In this document: positions 59,511 through 64,000 of the stretch, piece by piece
How the letters are laid out: every line of letters begins with the position of its first letter
Position numbering within the stretch: the stretch's first letter is position 1
Assembly (NCBI GenBank): GCA_035906255.1
Contig: JAMIFM010000029.1
Coordinates: forward strand, 50,944-114,943
Origin: Bacteroidia bacterium
GTDB lineage: Bacteria; Bacteroidota; Bacteroidia; UBA8524
Direction: 5' to 3'
DNA length: 64,000 nt
Made by a program: the position numbers and the translations under genes
Notes under the pieces: model-generated
What the model was told of the DNA's origin: nothing
The model's database searches: none
Seen by the model: the letters and a program-made list of their open reading frames with translations, nothing else

Positions 59511-60119
59511 ATGTTTCGGTATAATACCCCACAACTGATGCCTTGGCTTATGCCTGCGATTACTTGGAGAATGCCGCAGGAGGGTAAAAGCATATACCTG
59601 ACGTTTGATGACGGCCCGCACCCCGAGATAACCGAGTGGGTGATGGATGAACTGGAAAAGTACAACGCTAAAGCTACCTTTTTTTGTGTGGGCGATAACG
59701 TGCGCAAATTTCCCAAAACATTCAGTAACCTTTTACAGCGGGGCCATCGTATAGGCAATCATACCTATAACCACCTGAACGGCTGGGCTACTGATAACCC
59801 CACCTATTTAAGCAATATTGAGCAGTGTGATGAATACACGCGCAGTAACCTTTTTAGACCACCTTACGGTAAGATAGGATTGCGCCAGTTTAGGGCGGTG
59901 CGCAAAAAGTATCAAATTATTTACTGGTCTATCCTGTCGCGCGATTTTGAAACAGCATTGAATGTTGAGGAGAGCTTGGCTTATATGCTTGAGCATACTA
60001 CCGACGGTTCTATCGTACTTTTTCACGATAGTGAGAAAGCTGAAAAAAACATGAAGGAACTTTTACCCCGATTTTTACAGCACTTCTCGCAACAGGGGTA
60101 TCAGTTTGTTACTCTGTAA
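59511..60119 (+). CDS. Polysaccharide deacetylase (NodB homology domain)
   Basis: YLTFDDGPHPE, GNHTYNH, LFHDS. Confidence 0.85.
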   Translation: MFRYNTPQLMPWLMPAITWRMPQEGKSIYLTFDDGPHPEITEWVMDELEKYNAKATFFCVGDNVRKFPKTFSNLLQRGHRIGNHTYNHLNGWATDNPTYLSNIEQCDEYTRSNLFRPPYGKIGLRQFRAVRKKYQIIYWSILSRDFETALNVEESLAYMLEHTTDGSIVLFHDSEKAEKNMKELLPRFLQHFSQQGYQFVTL

Positions 60120-60387
60120 CGATTAAATTTTTAACAGAAAAGACTTCGCCAACTGAGACAGCATTCGGTTTAACTGAAATTACTCTGCAAGTAAAAACAG
60201 TCTTTATCAAAGGGCGTATTGCGGTTGGTTTATATTTTACATGTACTTCAATCCCCACAATTTTCCATATACTCTTATCATTAACCAAATATTGTCCTAT
60301 AATGGGTTTATAGTCGTGAGGGAACTTTAGGGTCAAAAAATCACCTAATGGGTCTATTTTATGAACAAAAACAACCTCTACTTCCAC
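60109..60387 (-). CDS. Hypothetical protein (92 aa)
   Basis: ORF immediately downstream of the methyltransferase gene. No motif. Confidence 0.4.
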   Translation of the reverse strand: MEVEVVFVHKIDPLGDFLTLKFPHDYKPIIGQYLVNDKSIWKIVGIEVHVKYKPTAIRPLIKTVFTCRVISVKPNAVSVGEVFSVKNLIVTE

Positions 60388-60390
60388 AAT

Positions 60391-61032
60391 TCACCTCTTT
60401 CTTCGTGCTATAATTACTAAATGAACGGATGTGTTGCCGTTGGCCGCTACATAATTTATCCGCTCAACCGTTGTTACGGCAAACCCGTTTTGTTTTAATA
60501 CACCCGTCAAATAGTCCTCGTTGTAGTAATATACGAACATCCGATTATTGCCCTTGCTATCCGTTCCCCAATCTGATGTTGCGTAGTCTCCCTCAATAGT
60601 GCTTAAATACAAAACACCGTCAGGAAGTAATAAGTTAAAACAGTTTTTAATTAGCCGTTCGCATTCCGTTTTCTCCAAATACGGCAAGCAAAAGCCGCAC
60701 ATCACTCCGTTGTACTTAGCGGTAATGCTGCTAATTTGCCTGCAATCCATTATACTCACAGTTGCCCGCGGGTTGTTTTGTTTTGCCAATGCTGCCATAG
60801 CGGGCGAAACATCAATAGCCTCAATTGTATAATCGGGTCTTTTCGCAAGTAAGTACTTTGTAATGTTTCCCGGGCCGCAACCAATCTCAAAAATCCGGGC
60901 ATCGGGTTGCTCTGCCAAATCGCAAAACACATCATACGTGTTGTTATACAAATCCAAGTCCATAAACTTATCATTGTAAGCATCCGCCAGCTTGTTCCAG
61001 CTTTCAAACGTAGTTGTATATCTGTCGGTCAT
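60391..61032 (-). CDS. Class I SAM-dependent methyltransferase
   Basis: Motif I IFEIGCGPGNIT, post-I IEAIDVSP. Confidence 0.75.
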   Translation of the reverse strand: MTDRYTTTFESWNKLADAYNDKFMDLDLYNNTYDVFCDLAEQPDARIFEIGCGPGNITKYLLAKRPDYTIEAIDVSPAMAALAKQNNPRATVSIMDCRQISSITAKYNGVMCGFCLPYLEKTECERLIKNCFNLLLPDGVLYLSTIEGDYATSDWGTDSKGNNRMFVYYYNEDYLTGVLKQNGFAVTTVERINYVAANGNTSVHLVIIARRKR

Positions 61033-61107
61033 TCAGCGTAAATGTACAGCAAACCATTTTACAATGCTTTCTTATTTTATACCTTGCACAAGCAAAAATC
61101 CTAACGA

Positions 61108-61923
61108 ATGCAGAACGAAACGGTTTCTTTTAAGATTTATCCGCTTGAACCCTCGGCTCAAGTAATATCCATAGGCATTGTACAACTAACAAGAGACGAT
61201 TTTGCGGCTCAGTTTTCAGTAGCTGTAAGTGGTGAAACAAATTTTGAACCGCCGTTATTATACAGCATAGATACTCCTATATACATGGAGGTGGGATATG
61301 ATGACAACTTGCGCGGATTATTTGAGGGCAAAATAACCGAAGTGGAATTACACAGCAGCGAGTCGCTTGGGTTTTATTACACCTATAAATGCGAGAGTGA
61401 TAGGAGGAAACGTTTAATGCAATCTGCCGCCAATGTGGAATACAGGCCTGTATTGGGTGAAAATGTGTTAGCACTTGGTTTAACTAATAACGGGGCTAAA
61501 ACAATAGGAAGCGTAAAAGTGCAAGGCACAACAGACGTTTGGTGCGATTATGAGATTGATTTTAGCGGAATAGGGAGCATGTTTGGAAAAGGGAAAGTGA
61601 GCCGTGTACGCCATATTGTGACCGATGCGAATTGGACTACCGAAGTGTTTGTGGATGTTGAAATACCCACAGAAGACACAAGCAAAGTTGTTTTGCAAAC
61701 ACCTAAAGGCAACAGCATAATACTTGATGACGGTACAAATAGCATTGTATTGAAAGACGCAGCAGGAAATAGTATAAAAATGGGATACGGTGGTATTGAA
61801 ATAACGTCAGAAAGCAGTATCAACACCAACGCAGAGTATATTAAGCAAGTTTCTAAAGGCAGACAGATAATTAAGGCCGGAGAAGAGCTTAGATTAGAGG
61901 GAAATATTATAAATATTAATTAA
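61108..61923 (+). CDS. Short spike-like protein (gpV / gp5 / VgrG-C-terminal-like beta-helix), 271 aa
   Basis: C-terminal repeats KGNSIILDDGTNSIVLKDAAGNSIKMGYGGIEITSESSI. Followed 8 nt later by a PAAR gene. Confidence 0.5.
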   Translation: MQNETVSFKIYPLEPSAQVISIGIVQLTRDDFAAQFSVAVSGETNFEPPLLYSIDTPIYMEVGYDDNLRGLFEGKITEVELHSSESLGFYYTYKCESDRRKRLMQSAANVEYRPVLGENVLALGLTNNGAKTIGSVKVQGTTDVWCDYEIDFSGIGSMFGKGKVSRVRHIVTDANWTTEVFVDVEIPTEDTSKVVLQTPKGNSIILDDGTNSIVLKDAAGNSIKMGYGGIEITSESSINTNAEYIKQVSKGRQIIKAGEELRLEGNIININ

Positions 61924-61931
61924 ACATTGGT

Positions 61932-62234
61932 ATGCGCCCAGCTGCACGAGAAGACGACAGGCAGGTTTGCCCGATGACTGAGAAAACGTCTAAAGGCGAT
62001 TTTCCACACCACGGGGGTATTATTTTAGCCCCATGCTCACCCAATGTTTTTATTTGTGGGAAACCTGCTGCACGGATTGGCGATAAATTGTTTTGCATGG
62101 GAACTGAAAACAAGATTGAGAGTGGATCGCCTACTGTGAGGATAAATGGCCTTTCCGCCGCACGAGCAGGTGACTCAACTTCGCACGGCGGACGGATAGA
62201 CAGTGGTGCACCTACGGTGAATATTGGAGGCTAA
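61932..62234 (+). CDS. PAAR-domain protein (100 aa, no extension domain)
   Basis: RPAARED, GKPAARIGD and GLSAARAGD motifs with interspersed CP/GSPTV/GAPTVNIGG segments. Confidence 0.8.
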   Translation: MRPAAREDDRQVCPMTEKTSKGDFPHHGGIILAPCSPNVFICGKPAARIGDKLFCMGTENKIESGSPTVRINGLSAARAGDSTSHGGRIDSGAPTVNIGG

Positions 62235-62237
62235 ACA

Positions 62238-63656
62238 TCAGGCTTTTGCCCGTTCCCTTACCCTTTCAAACGTATCATCTACCAACAACTGCCCGTTTTC
62301 AAAAACCGTTACCAATTGGTCTTGCAGGTGTGGTAGTTCTTCTTGGCGCACTGTTTTGTAGTTGCCTTCAGTTTTCACCAACTTCAACCTACCCGCCTTT
62401 GATTTTTTAAAAGATAGGGTAATGTTGCCCTGAGCGTCTAACTCCATAGGGCGTTTTTGCACATCTGCTGCCTTTCCGCCCACCTCAGCATACGAGCATT
62501 TAAACGCAAATTTTTGGGTGTCGCGGTCAACCTTTTGCAACAATGCCCCGCCCATACCTAACACAAGGTTTTCAGCACTTATGCCGTGTTGTTTCAAGGC
62601 TTCGTATATCTCTTTTATCGAGTCGTAATTAATCCCGTCGCCTTGTATCACGCGCACTTGTGGAGGCAGCACTTTATACCCTTTACTGTTTACCGTGTAC
62701 CCGAATTTGTCCATCAAAATATCAAACACACGGTTAAGCGTAGCCACAGGGTCGCCACTATCGGGGCGTATTACTAACGTGCCTTCGCGCGCTAACACCA
62801 TCTCTTTCAGCTCAGTACCCCAATACTCAGCACAAGCTCTGAAAATATCAAAAGAGTCGGAAACACAGGCAATAACACCCGTAGGAAAGGTTGTTAGAAT
62901 GTGTTTAAAGATGTCCAACTCGCCCTCTTCTCCCAACAAGGTACATATAGAGTGCTCTGTGGCAGGTATCGACATTCCGTACACTTTTTGGGTATTGTAA
63001 TACCGTTGGGCAAACACACTACCCATTAGCGTATCACTTCCCATAAAATTTAACAAATGGGCAGCACCGCCCAATCCGGCACTTTCTACCGAACTCACCC
63101 CGCGAAAACCAAAATCATTCAGCACAAAGTCAATCCCTGCTTTGGCTTCATCGTTGGCAGTTTCAGCATAATAGTGTTCTATCACCTTGCGTATTTGGTG
63201 TGATAAAGAGGCTACCGTGCAGGGATACCATACCTGCACCAGCAGGGTTTCTAAAAAGTTGGGTAGCCAAAAACACTCAGGGTCGGTGTTTTCAATTGTC
63301 ATCATCACATTGCTCACAGGCACATTTGTACCTTCGGGCACGGCCTTTATGCGCACAGGCAAACGGCCGTTGTGTTGTTTAACAATGTAATCAAACTTGC
63401 TGCGGTCAAACACATCATTACGGCCAAAAACGCTTTGCAATACTTTTTCGGCAGCATCAATTTTTTCAGTGGTAATTACTTCCCCCTCAAGGTATTGTTT
63501 GATAAAATATTGCAGGCCGAAGAACACCGTTTGGGGAAATAATCCGCCCCTGCTTTCAAAATAAGAATAAACCTTTTGTGTGCCGGGATAATATAGTTTG
63601 TGGTGCGAGTATTTATAGGCATCAGCCAGTAGTACTAAATTTTCTTGTGTTGTCAT
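62238..63656 (-). CDS. nadV: Nicotinamide phosphoribosyltransferase
   Basis: NLVLLADAYKYSHHKLYYPGT, FGFRGVSS. 472 aa, NAMPT-like overall. Confidence 0.8.
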   Translation of the reverse strand: MTTQENLVLLADAYKYSHHKLYYPGTQKVYSYFESRGGLFPQTVFFGLQYFIKQYLEGEVITTEKIDAAEKVLQSVFGRNDVFDRSKFDYIVKQHNGRLPVRIKAVPEGTNVPVSNVMMTIENTDPECFWLPNFLETLLVQVWYPCTVASLSHQIRKVIEHYYAETANDEAKAGIDFVLNDFGFRGVSSVESAGLGGAAHLLNFMGSDTLMGSVFAQRYYNTQKVYGMSIPATEHSICTLLGEEGELDIFKHILTTFPTGVIACVSDSFDIFRACAEYWGTELKEMVLAREGTLVIRPDSGDPVATLNRVFDILMDKFGYTVNSKGYKVLPPQVRVIQGDGINYDSIKEIYEALKQHGISAENLVLGMGGALLQKVDRDTQKFAFKCSYAEVGGKAADVQKRPMELDAQGNITLSFKKSKAGRLKLVKTEGNYKTVRQEELPHLQDQLVTVFENGQLLVDDTFERVRERAKA

Positions 63657-63743
63657 AATGTTGTTTCTTAACTTTTTTAATCGTTGGGTGAACTCCCCTC
63701 CTTGTGGGGTTTGTGAGTTGAAAAGGAGGGGTTGGGGGAGGTG

Positions 63744-64000
63744 TCAAACCGCCAAATTGTGCAAGAGCATAGTTACCAAAACGGTGTGTTCGGCGGTTAT
63801 TTCCTTGCGGGTTATCATTGCTTGCAAGTCTTTAACCGCAAACCATTGCACGGCTTCAATATCATCGGCTGCTTGCGGTTGGCCATACACGTGATTGGTT
63901 TTATATAGCAGGGTAATGATTTTGTCTTCCTCACTGCGGTACCGCCAATCGTCAATTTTAGCTGAACCTACATATTCCATTGTCCCTGTTTCAATGCTTC
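63744..64000 (-). CDS. Probable Nudix-family hydrolase, C-terminal part (5' end outside window)
   Basis: Frame is open to the window edge. Position upstream of nadV fits the common nadM/Nudix-nadV pairing. The Nudix box itself is not in the window. Confidence 0.4.
   Translation of the reverse strand, partial: SIETGTMEYVGSAKIDDWRYRSEEDKIITLLYKTNHVYGQPQAADDIEAVQWFAVKDLQAMITRKEITAEHTVLVTMLLHNLAV

Overview
This 64-kb chromosomal segment looks like Bacteroidota. Supporting signs are three type-A T9SS C-terminal sorting domains, a PorX-type regulator, a PorV/PorQ-family barrel, many lipoboxes and recurring TAnnTTTG -7 promoter boxes. All family calls come from motif recognition by eye; no database search was possible.

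Layout:
(1) 1-13.2 kb is a GC-richer, one-direction, tightly packed phage-like block cut by the left window edge. It holds unrecognisable structural-type ORFs, a LamG-like protein, a cluster of small membrane proteins with a GH108-type muramidase, and a DNA module. The DNA module comprises an N6-adenine methyltransferase, a roughly 1400-aa SNF2 helicase, a lysine-rich protein and a RecA/DnaB-like ATPase. The ATPase appears to be reached by a -1 frameshift at A_AAA_AAG.
(2) 13.2-14.9 kb is an AT-rich junction with an orphan reverse gene and a 1.06-kb ORF-free stretch. That stretch carries three repeated operator-plus-promoter heads, short hairpin-terminated units and a rod-like structured RNA with mutually exclusive terminator and antiterminator pairings.
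(3) 14.9-20.3 kb is an operon of a fibre-like protein, two lipoproteins and a 939-aa T9SS cargo. A divergent inverted paralogous operon lies at 40.7-45.2 kb, directly downstream of a porQ/porV-like plus NHL-lipoprotein pair. This repeated module is my best candidate for an undescribed system.
(4) 21-40 kb and 47.6-64 kb are mostly housekeeping: upp, SulP plus beta-carbonic anhydrase, porX, ribH, pdhA, FNR plus ferredoxin, TolC plus adaptor, nadV plus a Nudix fragment, and pnuC. Embedded oddities include an orphan spike-like plus PAAR gene pair, a wHTH/membrane-protein operon with a duplicated palindromic operator, a PAS-DHp-receiver protein with no kinase catalytic domain, and a dispersed family of intergenic hairpin repeats.

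I saw no rRNA, tRNA or CRISPR array.
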